DNA of 64,000 nt, taken from the NCBI GenBank assembly GCA_963787125.1, contig CAWBBV010000002.1, positions 32,001-96,000 of the forward strand, given 5' to 3'. The stretch's first letter is position 1. The number at the start of each line of letters is the position of its first letter. The notes under the pieces are model-generated. The model ran no database searches. It was not told where the DNA came from and was given only the letters and a program-made list of their open reading frames with translations. Below are positions 50,736 through 59,677 of the stretch, piece after piece. The DNA is from an uncultured delta proteobacterium (GTDB taxonomy: Bacteria; Desulfobacterota; Desulfuromonadia; Geobacterales; DSM-12255). Position numbers and translations under genes: made by a program.

Positions 50736-51110
50736 ATGACTATGCATAAAAAGCTGAAGTTAAAGCCAGTTGAGTGGGTTGGCAGCGCCTTGAAGGATAT
50801 GCGAGCAATGCCGGAAGATGTTCAGGACGTCTTCGGTTTTGCCCTCTTTATGGCGCAAAGTGGCGGCAAACATCCGGACGCCAAGCCGATGAAGGGGTTT
50901 ACCGGCGCTGGAGTTCTGGAGGTTGTGGAAGATTACAACAGCGATACGTATCGGGCTGTTTATACCGTGCGCTTTGCAGATGCTGTTTATGTCCTTCATG
51001 TTTTCCAGAAGAAATCAAAAAAAGGTATCGCAACGCCGAAAGAAGAGATCGACAAGATCAAGACGCGTTTGAGGATGGCGGAAGAGTTGCACAGCGTTAA
51101 AGGGAGGTAG
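50736..51110 (+). CDS. RelE/HigB-like toxin (Gp49-like)
   Basis: KPVEWVGSA..D, KPMKG, TYRAVY, YVLHVFQKKS. Confidence 0.9.
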   Translation: MTMHKKLKLKPVEWVGSALKDMRAMPEDVQDVFGFALFMAQSGGKHPDAKPMKGFTGAGVLEVVEDYNSDTYRAVYTVRFADAVYVLHVFQKKSKKGIATPKEEIDKIKTRLRMAEELHSVKGR

Positions 51111-51445
51111 TGGCGATGGAAGAAGAGATTGAAGTATATCACGGCAGCGGCAATGTCTTTGCCGATATGGGGTTGCCGGATGCAGAAGAACGATTGGCAA
51201 AAGCGAATCTTTCCATGCAGATTCAAGATATTATCAAGAAGCAAAAGCTGACCCAGGCAAAGGCTGCTGAACTTCTGGGGATAGATCAGCCAAAGGTGTC
51301 AGCTTTAATGCGTGGTAAGCTGTCCGGCTTTTCAATGGAGAGACTTTTTCACTTTCTCAATATTCTGGGGCGTGATATTCAGATTATCGTCAAGCCGAAA
51401 TCACGGTCAAAATTGCAGGGTGGATTGAAAGTTTTGGCTGTTTAA
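51110..51445 (+). CDS. HigA-like XRE antitoxin
   Basis: GSGNVFADMG, LTQAKAAELLGIDQPKVS..GK..FSMERL. Confidence 0.9.
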   Translation: MAMEEEIEVYHGSGNVFADMGLPDAEERLAKANLSMQIQDIIKKQKLTQAKAAELLGIDQPKVSALMRGKLSGFSMERLFHFLNILGRDIQIIVKPKSRSKLQGGLKVLAV

Positions 51446-51522
51446 TCTAAACATTTTCTATTTCCATGGACCCGTTAAATCCTCTTTCAAACAAGGCTTA
51501 GAGCCAAAAAGTTCCAGATCCC

Positions 51523-53439
51523 ATGAAAAATCTCATTCTCGGCACTGCCGGCCACATAGATCACGGCAAGACGTCACTCGTCAAGACACTGACCGGCGTC
51601 GACACCGATCGTCTCCCCGAGGAGAAATCCCGCGGCATTACCATCGAGCTCGGCTTTGCTGACCTGGAACTCCCCGGCGGGATTCATTTCGGGATTGTCG
51701 ATGTGCCGGGGCACGAGCGCTTTCTGCGCACCATGGTTTCCGGTGTCGTGGGGATGGACCTGGTGATGCTGGTGATTGCCGCCGATGAAGGGGTGATGCC
51801 CCAGACCCGTGAGCATCTTGATGTCTGCCAGTTGCTCGGCTTGAAAAAAGGGCTGGTGGTGCTGACCAAGAGCGACCTGGTGGAGCCTGACTGGCTGGAG
51901 CTGGTCGTGGAGGAGGTGCGGGAGTTTCTGACAGGAAGTTTTTTGGAAGGGGCTGCTGTCATCCCGGTCTCCTCCCGCAGCGGCGTCGGCTTTGACCAGT
52001 TGAAAGTCGAACTGGGGCGAATAGCTCTGGGGCTGGAGCAGAAGCGGAGCGAAGGCCATTTTCGCCTGCCGGTGGACCGGGTGTTTACCCTACCCGGCTT
52101 CGGGACGGTGGTAACCGGCACGCTTTTATCCGGCAAGGTCGCGGTGGGGGACGAGGCGGAGATTCTCCCGGCAGCCCTCCCCTGCAGGATTCGCGGCATC
52201 CAGACCCATGGCGCCAGGATGGAAGCGGGAGAAGCGGGCTCAAGACTGGCTCTGAATCTCCAGGGGGTTGACCATTACCAGGTGAAGCGCGGCGATGTGG
52301 TTGTCCCCAAGGGGATCTACCGGACGACGCGGCGGGTAGATGTTCAGCTGGAACATCTGCCATCAGCAGCGCACAACCTGAAACATCGCACTACCCTGCG
52401 GCTCCACGCGGCGACCTACGAGGTTTCAGCCCAGGTAATTCTTTTTGACAGGGAGTTCCTGGAACCGGGCGAAAGCGCCTTTGCCCAGCTGCGATTATCC
52501 CGACCGGTCCTGCTCCTTAATGGCGACCCGTTCGTGCTCCGCTCGTCATCACCCTCGGCTACCGTTGCCGGCGGCACGGTGCTTGACCCCTCCCCCCCCG
52601 GTCGCCGCCGCCGCTCCCTGGAGGCAGTGGCACTGCTGGAATACCTGGCGAGCGGCGCTGATCCTGAGGCTATCGCCGGAATGATTACGGAGAGCCTGCT
52701 CTCGGGGATAACCCATACCGATATCGCTGCCAGAAGCGGGATTCCGGCCAGACGTCTCGAAGCAGCCCTGGCGCAGCTGCTGGCGAGCGGCGCAGTAGTC
52801 CAGGTAGTGCGTGAACCAAAAAGATATCTCAGCCGCCAGGCATTCGCCTCCCTTTGCAGCCTGCTGTTAGCCGAGATGAACAGCTATTTTGCCAGTAATC
52901 CGCTTAAAGAGGGGATCGGCAAAGAGGAGTTAAAGACCAGGCTGCCGGCAAGAAGTGACCAGCGTTTTTTCACCCCCTGCCTTGCCGCCCTGGAAAAGGA
53001 TGGGAAAGTCATGGCCGAGCGTGAGCAGGTGAAACTGGTCGGACGCAAGGCAGGAGCGGAGACTGCCCAGGCGGATATCCACCGACTGATCGAGCTTGAG
53101 TTGGAAATGGGGGGGAGCGAGCCACCGTTTCTCAAGGATATCTGCAGCACGCTCCGAATAACGGAAAAACTGGTGGTTGAACACTTGAGCCTGCTGGTGA
53201 GAGAAGGGCTGGCTGTAAAGGTGAAGAGTGACGTCTTCTACCGCCCGGAGCCGCTTGCCCGTATTGAGGAAAAACTGATCGCTCATCTGCGGGAAAAGGG
53301 TGAAGTCACCCCGACCGAATTCCGGGAGATGACCGGCCTGTCACGCAAGTTCATGATTCCGCTCCTGGAGTATTTCGATGCGCAGAAGTTGACCTTAAGA
53401 GTCGGGGACAGGCGGCTGTTGCGGAAGAAACTAGGCTGA
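51523..53439 (+). CDS. selB: Selenocysteine-specific elongation factor
   Basis: [27 protein letters not shown]-terminal winged helices [13 protein letters not shown]. Confidence 0.97.
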   Translation: MKNLILGTAGHIDHGKTSLVKTLTGVDTDRLPEEKSRGITIELGFADLELPGGIHFGIVDVPGHERFLRTMVSGVVGMDLVMLVIAADEGVMPQTREHLDVCQLLGLKKGLVVLTKSDLVEPDWLELVVEEVREFLTGSFLEGAAVIPVSSRSGVGFDQLKVELGRIALGLEQKRSEGHFRLPVDRVFTLPGFGTVVTGTLLSGKVAVGDEAEILPAALPCRIRGIQTHGARMEAGEAGSRLALNLQGVDHYQVKRGDVVVPKGIYRTTRRVDVQLEHLPSAAHNLKHRTTLRLHAATYEVSAQVILFDREFLEPGESAFAQLRLSRPVLLLNGDPFVLRSSSPSATVAGGTVLDPSPPGRRRRSLEAVALLEYLASGADPEAIAGMITESLLSGITHTDIAARSGIPARRLEAALAQLLASGAVVQVVREPKRYLSRQAFASLCSLLLAEMNSYFASNPLKEGIGKEELKTRLPARSDQRFFTPCLAALEKDGKVMAEREQVKLVGRKAGAETAQADIHRLIELELEMGGSEPPFLKDICSTLRITEKLVVEHLSLLVREGLAVKVKSDVFYRPEPLARIEEKLIAHLREKGEVTPTEFREMTGLSRKFMIPLLEYFDAQKLTLRVGDRRLLRKKLG

Positions 53440-53504
53440 GTCAAGCATTGAACTCTTCATCGAAGAGGGTGAAGATGCAGCGATTCAATTTCTGGAGGGA
53501 TAAC

Positions 53505-54323
53505 ATGAGCGCGATCAGACTTTTCGAATCAAAGAAAATCCGTTCAGCATGGGATGCACTTGAAGAGAAGTGGTATTTTTCAATTGTAGATGTTGTCGGG
53601 GCGCTGACAGATAGCCCGGACCCCAAGGATTACTGGTATCGGATCAAGAAACGCGAGAAGGTTTCGGGACTTGAGTTATCGACAATTTGTCGACAACTGA
53701 AACTGGAGTCCGCCGATGGCAAAAAATACCTGACCGACTGCGCCAATACCGAAGGGCTGTTGCGTATCATCCAGGCGATTCCTTCACCAAAAGCCGAACC
53801 GTTCAAACTCTGGCTGGCAAAGGTCGGTTATCAGCGGCTGGAAGAGATCGAAAACCCCGAACTGGCCATGGGGCGGATGCAGGAGCTGTACGAAAAGAAA
53901 GGGTATCCCAAGGAGTGGATTGACAAGCGATTACGAGGGATTGCCGTTCGCCAGGACCTGACTGACGAGTGGAAAAACCGCGGCGCGGGTAACAATCTGG
54001 CATACGCCATTCTGACCAACGAGATCATGCAGGGTGCTTTTGATCTGAAGGTTGATGACTATAAAGCGGTCAAGGGGCTGAAGCGGGAAAACTTGCGTGA
54101 TCACATGACCGACATGGAACTGATCCTGACAATGCTGGCAGAAGCGACCACCACCAAGTTGCACCGTGACCGGGATTCGCAAGGTTTTGAACCATTGCAG
54201 AAGGATGCAAAGGACGGCGGCGCAGTTGCCGGCAGAACTCGCAAGGACATCGAGGCTCAGACGGGAAAACCGGTGATAACCAGTGACAACTTCAAGAAGT
54301 TGACCTCAAGCAGGCTCACATGA
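53505..54323 (+). CDS. Bro-N domain protein
   Basis: IRSAWD..EKWYFSIVDV, PSPKAEPFKLWLA, NLRDHM. Confidence 0.85.
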   Translation: MSAIRLFESKKIRSAWDALEEKWYFSIVDVVGALTDSPDPKDYWYRIKKREKVSGLELSTICRQLKLESADGKKYLTDCANTEGLLRIIQAIPSPKAEPFKLWLAKVGYQRLEEIENPELAMGRMQELYEKKGYPKEWIDKRLRGIAVRQDLTDEWKNRGAGNNLAYAILTNEIMQGAFDLKVDDYKAVKGLKRENLRDHMTDMELILTMLAEATTTKLHRDRDSQGFEPLQKDAKDGGAVAGRTRKDIEAQTGKPVITSDNFKKLTSSRLT

Positions 54324-54697
54324 AAACAGCGGCAACTATTGCAATTTTCTGCGCCGGAGGCGGTCTGACCCGCTACTATCTGTCCGGCTGGGTTTACAGC
54401 CTGCTGGGGCGGGCATTCCCCTACGGTACCTTTGTCGTCAACATCATTGGTGCCTATTTCATCGGCCTGATCATGGAGCTCGGCCTGCGCAGCACCGCCA
54501 TTTCCGACACCCTGCGACTCGGCCTGACAGTCGGCTTCATGGGGGGGTTGACAACTTTTTCCACCTTCAGTTATGAAACGTTCGCGCTTCTGGAGGATGG
54601 TCAGTTGCTGCCGGCATTTGTCAACATCCTCGCCAGTGTCCTGGTCTGTCTGATATTCACCTGGCTCGGGATTATCACGATTCGTTCAATGTCATAG
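54320..54697 (+). CDS. crcB: Fluoride channel Fluc/CrcB
   Basis: GGLTRY, FPYGTFVVN, GFMGGLTTFSTF. Confidence 0.95.
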   Translation: MKTAATIAIFCAGGGLTRYYLSGWVYSLLGRAFPYGTFVVNIIGAYFIGLIMELGLRSTAISDTLRLGLTVGFMGGLTTFSTFSYETFALLEDGQLLPAFVNILASVLVCLIFTWLGIITIRSMS

Positions 54698-54708
54698 GAG
54701 GGAGCTTC

Positions 54709-55038
54709 ATGCCGAAACTTGTTGGCGAAAACCTTTTAATGAGGATCTATCTGGCCGAAAGCGACCGCTACGAACACAGGCCGCTGTATGAGGCGTTGGT
54801 GGAGATGCTGCGCACTGCCGGGTTTGCCGGTGCTACGGTGCTCAGGGGTGTGGGCGGTTTCGGCAGCCACCGGGTCTATCATTCGCAAAAGCTGCTCGAT
54901 CTTTCCGCCGACCTGCCGCTGATCATTGAGGCGGTGGAAAGCCAGGAGATGATCAATGCTATCATGCCACGCCTGGACGAGATGATGACCGGTGGCACGG
55001 TCACGCTGGAAAAGGTTAGCGTGATCCGCTACAGTTAG
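54709..55038 (+). CDS. DUF190 (PII-like) protein
   Basis: MRIYLAESD, GATVLRG..GFG, LSADLP. Confidence 0.9.
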   Translation: MPKLVGENLLMRIYLAESDRYEHRPLYEALVEMLRTAGFAGATVLRGVGGFGSHRVYHSQKLLDLSADLPLIIEAVESQEMINAIMPRLDEMMTGGTVTLEKVSVIRYS

Positions 55039-55040
55039 CC

Positions 55041-55166
55041 TTTCCAATTCCAGATCAAGAGTGATATCTAGGCGGTGAGGATTGAGGCGACGAAAGCGTA
55101 CAGACAGTACCTTTTAGGAGCCGAAGACGAGCCAACGAAGATAGCGCCTTGATGTGGAATTGGAAT
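55041..55166. repeat. Structured repeat family B, copy 2
   Basis: TTCCAATTCCAGATCAAG...CTTGATGTGGAATTGGAA; core shared with copy 1. Confidence 0.8.
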
Positions 55167-55173
55167 CACCTTC

Positions 55174-55467
55174 TCACGAACAGCAGTTGCCCCCGGCTAT
55201 CTTGCCTAGCTTATGTTCCTGCAGCCACTCATTAATCATGCCGCTGGCGCAGCCGACCCCTGAATCAACCTTGATTGCCTTGACCGGACAGTTGAGCGCA
55301 CAGGCGCCACACTCCATGCAGGCATCACGATCAAGCAGCCGCGCCCTGTTATCCCGAAGGGCAAAAACCTGGTGAGGACAGACCTCCAGGCAACGACCGC
55401 AGCCGACGCAGGCCGGTTGGTCAAGTTCAAGAGTAGCTACGTTCTGCAGATATCTGAAGCCTTGCAT
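55174..55467 (-). CDS. hgcB: Mercury methylation ferredoxin HgcB
   Basis: CVGCGRCLEVCPH, CMECGACALNCP, GVGCA, C-terminal CC; directly after hgcA. Confidence 0.95.
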   Translation of the reverse strand: MQGFRYLQNVATLELDQPACVGCGRCLEVCPHQVFALRDNRARLLDRDACMECGACALNCPVKAIKVDSGVGCASGMINEWLQEHKLGKIAGGNCCS

Positions 55468-55477
55468 AACTCCCCCT

Positions 55478-56665
55478 TCAAATAAATTTCCCTGCCAGCA
55501 GCAGCATGATTCCCAGAATAATCGCTCCTGCCATAATCGGCAGGCTGAGGCGCATCTCCTTTTTTACCCCGGAACGGGATGTATAGGGGGTGCAGCCGGT
55601 GAAGTTGAGAGTGTAAAAAGCGCTGACCGCAGGTAAGGCAATAAAAGCGGCGACGGTGATAATGCTGCTCCAGTCAATACTGCTGACAATAGAACGGCAG
55701 GCAGCAACCCAGAGGATGCCAACCAGCCACCCCTTGACAGCAAAACTTGACCCCGGCAGCCATGGCAGAAGCAGCGGCCCGAGGATAATTCCGCTCAGCA
55801 CGGCCCCGGCGTATACCAGCATAGCAACAATTCCGGCATTCATTCCACCGGCCAGAGCAAAGAAGAGCAGGATGATCCCTCCGGCAACAAGCAGAGATTT
55901 CATCGCCAGAACGAGCTCCACCGGCAGAAGAACCAACCGCTCGTAAAAAGTGAAGGTCAGATGCTGCATCTCCGGCGTGCTAACCATGCCGTTATCGAGA
56001 TAAGCTGGGATATCAGCCGCCTGCACCGCCCCAAAGCTGACCGTAAAGCCGGAGCGTTTGGCCACCTGGTGCGCCGCTACCCCCGGGGCACCGAGAAGCG
56101 GCAGAATAAGGCGCCTGTGGGTGACAACCTGAGACAGACCGGTTGCCGCAATGCGGCGGACCAGTTCACCGGTGCCAAAAGTCCCTTTGCCGGCAGCACA
56201 CCAGACGTTGATGCCGTAGGTTTCAAGCACCAGCAGCCAGACGTTCCGCCCCGCAAGGGAGCGGCGCACAGCGTCGTAGCTCATCTTGTAGTTGGCCGTC
56301 ACCAGCACCGGAGCGTCCGGCATCGGGGTGCCGACCGCATAGAGCCCCGGCGGGACCATGTAGGTCATCCGGCCAAGACCCCAGCGCGCCTTCCAGGCTC
56401 CCAGCCGGTCACTCCAATCATAAGCTGAAGAAATCCTGGCAACACGGCCGGCCGGTGTCTCCAGCCAGCTCATGAAACCCGGTACTTGCTCGGTTATCTC
56501 TCCACCGCCGGCGGAGGTAGGGGGGCCTCAGCAGGGAGGTTTATCACTGCCGTTGCCAGCCTCAATTGAACAGACTGCAGCAGGCAAAACGCTCGTGGCC
56601 GCTGTGGCTTTTCTACTGTTTTTGATCTTGAAGGCAACGCCGGGCTCTTTATTTACTTGCAACAT
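55478..56665 (-). CDS. hgcA: Mercury methylation corrinoid protein HgcA, with probable Sec-containing N-terminal extension (UGA 56530-56528)
   Basis: Cap helix GINVWCAAGKGTF, TANYKMS, TM domain, NFTGCTPYTS.SGV; frame stays open upstream of 56473 to ATG 56665 except for one TGA in PPC-U-GPP. Confidence 0.92.
56500..56530 (-). promoter_or_regulatory. Candidate SECIS element of hgcA
   Basis: UGA-N11-CTCCGCC-GGC-GGTGGAG hairpin. Confidence 0.7.
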
Positions 56666-57123
56666 GCAATCGTTCCCCCCTGAGATATCGTTTCCTGTCG
56701 CTCCTGGATAAGGACGCCATTGAGCAACTCCAGAGACCTGACCACGGTATCGCGCTCAAACGGGCTCAGCTGTCCGAAAATCCTCACAAGCCGCGCTGAC
56801 ATGTAGGTGTCAATCTTGCCGACGGTTTCCAGACCGGCAGCTGTGAGGCCCAGCAGCGTCACCCGGCGGTCATCCTGTGACACCCGCCTGGAGACAAGCC
56901 CCTTAATCTCCAGCGTTTTGACCTGGCGACTGAAGGTGGTGATATCCATACCCAACTCTTCGGCAACCTGCTGCATTGACGGGCTCCCCGTCCGGCGGAT
57001 CTCCATGAGAATATGGCTCTGGACCATGGAAATCTGTTCGCCGCAGCAGTCGTCGCAGCAGGCCGCGTTCAATAATCCGAAGCGGCGGGTAAAAATCTGC
57101 AGCTGTTCCCTGACTGTTTTCAT
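56653..57123 (-). CDS. Cys-rich MarR-family regulator
   Basis: QSHILMEI, MQQVAEELGMDITTFSRQVKTLE..GLV, DRRVTLLGLT..G; ACCDDCCG and terminal ACCK. Confidence 0.9.
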   Translation of the reverse strand: MKTVREQLQIFTRRFGLLNAACCDDCCGEQISMVQSHILMEIRRTGSPSMQQVAEELGMDITTFSRQVKTLEIKGLVSRRVSQDDRRVTLLGLTAAGLETVGKIDTYMSARLVRIFGQLSPFERDTVVRSLELLNGVLIQERQETISQGGTIACCK

Positions 57124-57155
57124 TGAAGGCACTCCTGCAGATAAAACTAGCTTTA

Positions 57156-57176
57156 TTATTTGCAAAATGCAACTAA
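57156..57176. promoter_or_regulatory. Palindromic candidate operator upstream of marR-hgcAB
   Basis: TTATTTGCA-aaa-TGCAACTAA (8/9 IR). Confidence 0.6.
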
Positions 57177-57277
57177 AATTTGTCGGGTTTATTACAAATC
57201 AGTATAGTGGAAATGGTGCGAGAGAGAGAAAATGAGGAATGGTATACTGGCTGAAGCAATAGATCTGATCTGGGCGG

Positions 57278-58534
57278 TCAGCTGCAGACCTGATTCCTTC
57301 CTTTGCTTTTAGCCCTGTAAAGCGCCTTGTCAGCAGCCTTCATGATTTCAGCGGCCCCGCCCTGGCCTTCCCCTGACTCCGCCACGCCAATACTTATGGT
57401 CACGGAAACCTCTGTGGAGCTGCTCTTGCTGCCGCGTTTGCCTTCGCCCTGCTTTGGGTCTTTGGGCCGGTCATCACTGCGGATTGAGAGGCGATATGCT
57501 TCGATACTCTTTCTGACCCCTTCCAGATGCGGAATCACCTCAGCAGCCTTTTTACCGGGGAAAAGCACCGTAAACTCTTCACCGCCATAACGGTACGCCT
57601 TCCCCCCGCCGCTGACTGAGTCGATCCTCTTTGCCACCATCTTCAAAACCTGATCACCCACATCATGACCATAGGTGTCATTGAACCGTTTGAAATGATC
57701 CACATCCAGCATGGCAACCGCGTAGCGCCTGCCAAGACCGTGAAGACTTTCATTCAACGCCCGCCGCGACGGAATGCCGGTCAGATCATCCCTGAACGCC
57801 ATATTATAGGAGTCCTGGAGGATGCTGAGAGTGATGATGATCCCGGCAGCAGTGCAGAAAAGCGCCGGCAGGTCCGGAGAAGTTATCTTTGCCAGACTGA
57901 TGACAATTGCCAGGAGCGCCCCGAGCAGGCCGCTTTCAATGGGAGCCTGACGCTTTATTGCCAGAAAAACGATAAATGACATGGAGACCAGCGCCAGTGC
58001 TAGCAGCGGTTGCGGCAGGAGCAGAGTGTCGAAAAGCGGCTGGGAGGAAAATTGGCGGGTCAAGAGCGGCTGGACATCTTCAAAGTGATGCCTGAAAAGG
58101 AGCCAGACAATCGCCGCCTGCATAACAATAAAACCGAAGCGGAGTCTTCCGGCTATGGAGAAGACCCCCCTCTCACGCATCAGCGCCAGAAGAGCAAAGT
58201 TCAAGGGCAAAAGCAGTGCAAGGCCAAGATACACACCTTGTTGAACATAACCGCTGACGCCTGTTTCCAGGTAAGAACGGTAGAAATAGTAGAAAATGCT
58301 GATCAGGAAAAGTGCTGTGAACGGACGACCACGATGGAAATGAACCGACAGAAACATCCCGGCAACGGCAGCAAGATAAGGTGAGATCAGGAGCAGCTCT
58401 TTGTGGGCCGGAGCGAGAGTCGCAATTTTGGGTAAAAGGAAAACTGCGGCAGCAAGTAGTGCCAATGGTACCAGGAAAATAAGAGTTTTTTTGGCTGTGG
58501 CTGTACTCACTAAGCTTTTGCGCCTCTCAATCAC
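57278..58534 (-). CDS. Membrane-bound diguanylate cyclase
   Basis: Multiple TMs, DDLTG, DVDHFKRFNDTYGHDVGD, RYGGEEF. Confidence 0.93.
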   Translation of the reverse strand: MIERRKSLVSTATAKKTLIFLVPLALLAAAVFLLPKIATLAPAHKELLLISPYLAAVAGMFLSVHFHRGRPFTALFLISIFYYFYRSYLETGVSGYVQQGVYLGLALLLPLNFALLALMRERGVFSIAGRLRFGFIVMQAAIVWLLFRHHFEDVQPLLTRQFSSQPLFDTLLLPQPLLALALVSMSFIVFLAIKRQAPIESGLLGALLAIVISLAKITSPDLPALFCTAAGIIITLSILQDSYNMAFRDDLTGIPSRRALNESLHGLGRRYAVAMLDVDHFKRFNDTYGHDVGDQVLKMVAKRIDSVSGGGKAYRYGGEEFTVLFPGKKAAEVIPHLEGVRKSIEAYRLSIRSDDRPKDPKQGEGKRGSKSSSTEVSVTISIGVAESGEGQGGAAEIMKAADKALYRAKSKGRNQVCS

Positions 58535-59151
58535 CGCACGGACAGTGCCAGCTTTAGCCCCATTGCTGCAAATACCCCGGCAGTGAGCCGGTCAAAATAT
58601 TTCGAAACATGCGGCTTTGCTAACAGCTGCCTGCCGATGCTGCCGGAAAACCAGCCGATCAGCGAAAAGATGACAATCGCCTGAGTCATGAAAACCGTGC
58701 CGAGCAGAATCATCTGCAGGGGAACATTACCGGCGGCAGGGTATACGAACTGGGGCAAAAACGCCAGAAAGAAGAGCGCCACCTTGGGGTTGAGGACGTT
58801 CATGATAAAGCCGCGCCGAAAGAGTGCTGCCGCCGGGAGGCTCTCATCGGCAGCAAGCTTCAGCACAGCTGAGCTTCGTAGCGTTTTCCAGGCAAGGTAA
58901 AGCAGATAACCGGCGCCGGCGAACTTGACCAGATTGAACGCCAGCGCCGATGAGTAGAAGATGGCGGAGATGCCGAATGCTGCAGCTGTTGTGTGGATGC
59001 TGACGCCGCTGCACATGCCGAGAGCAGTGACAATGGCCGCTTTGCGACCACGGGTGATCCCCTGGGTGATAACGAAAATATTATCAGGTCCTGGCGAGAC
59101 GGTAAGCGCCATGGAAGCGCAGAGAAAACCGAAAAAAGTGTATAAGGTCAT
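58531..59151 (-). CDS. LysE/RhtB-family translocator
   Basis: SPGPD, GAGYLLYL, NVLNPK..FFLAFLPQF. Confidence 0.92.
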   Translation of the reverse strand: MTLYTFFGFLCASMALTVSPGPDNIFVITQGITRGRKAAIVTALGMCSGVSIHTTAAAFGISAIFYSSALAFNLVKFAGAGYLLYLAWKTLRSSAVLKLAADESLPAAALFRRGFIMNVLNPKVALFFLAFLPQFVYPAAGNVPLQMILLGTVFMTQAIVIFSLIGWFSGSIGRQLLAKPHVSKYFDRLTAGVFAAMGLKLALSVR

Positions 59152-59221
59152 GATTGCACCCGTATGTTGACATTAGAGACGTAGTCGCTGCCCGGTTCTA
59201 ACTTAGTTTTTCAGTAGCAAC

Positions 59222-59250
59222 AAAAAAACCCCGTTTTGGCGGGGTTTTCT
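59222..59250 (-). terminator. Terminator of the HU gene
   Basis: AAAAAAACCCCG-tttgg-CGGGGTTTT type hairpin. Confidence 0.75.
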
Positions 59251-59275
59251 TGAATCATGCTGGGTCAGGACAGGG

Positions 59276-59560
59276 TTACTTCTTCTTGGCAGCGACAGCA
59301 TCCTTGAGAGCCTTGCCAGGACGGAACTTGGGAACCTTGGCAGCAGCAATCTTGATCTCTTTGCCGGTCTGAGGATTACGACCGGTACGAGCCTTGCGGG
59401 TCGAGACTTCAAAGCTGCCGAAGCCGACCAGAGTTACCCGGTCATCTTTTTTGAGCGCGTCGGTAACTGCTGTAATGAAGCCGCTTACAGCCTTCTCTGC
59501 TGAAGCTTTGGTAAGAGCTGCCGATTTGGCTACTGCATCAATAAGTTCTGCCTTGGTCAT
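59276..59560 (-). CDS. hup: DNA-binding protein HU
   Basis: [30 protein letters not shown]. Confidence 0.96.
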   Translation of the reverse strand: MTKAELIDAVAKSAALTKASAEKAVSGFITAVTDALKKDDRVTLVGFGSFEVSTRKARTGRNPQTGKEIKIAAAKVPKFRPGKALKDAVAAKKK

Positions 59561-59677
59561 TTTAGCCCTCCTGCTGAAAAGTTAAATTTTGGGTAACTAT
59601 AAACTCATTTTTAGGCTTTGCAAGATAATATTTCACCAATACAGAAAAATTTAGCGCTGTGAACCCGCTCTTTAAGC

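Noticed and set aside
53400..54320. Fluoride riboswitch upstream of crcB
   Set aside because: No recognisable motif; the region is coding
55174..55176. hgcB TGA after CCS as a Sec codon
   Set aside because: HgcB normally ends at the CC tail, and the downstream sequence is repeat family B rather than a SECIS-like hairpin
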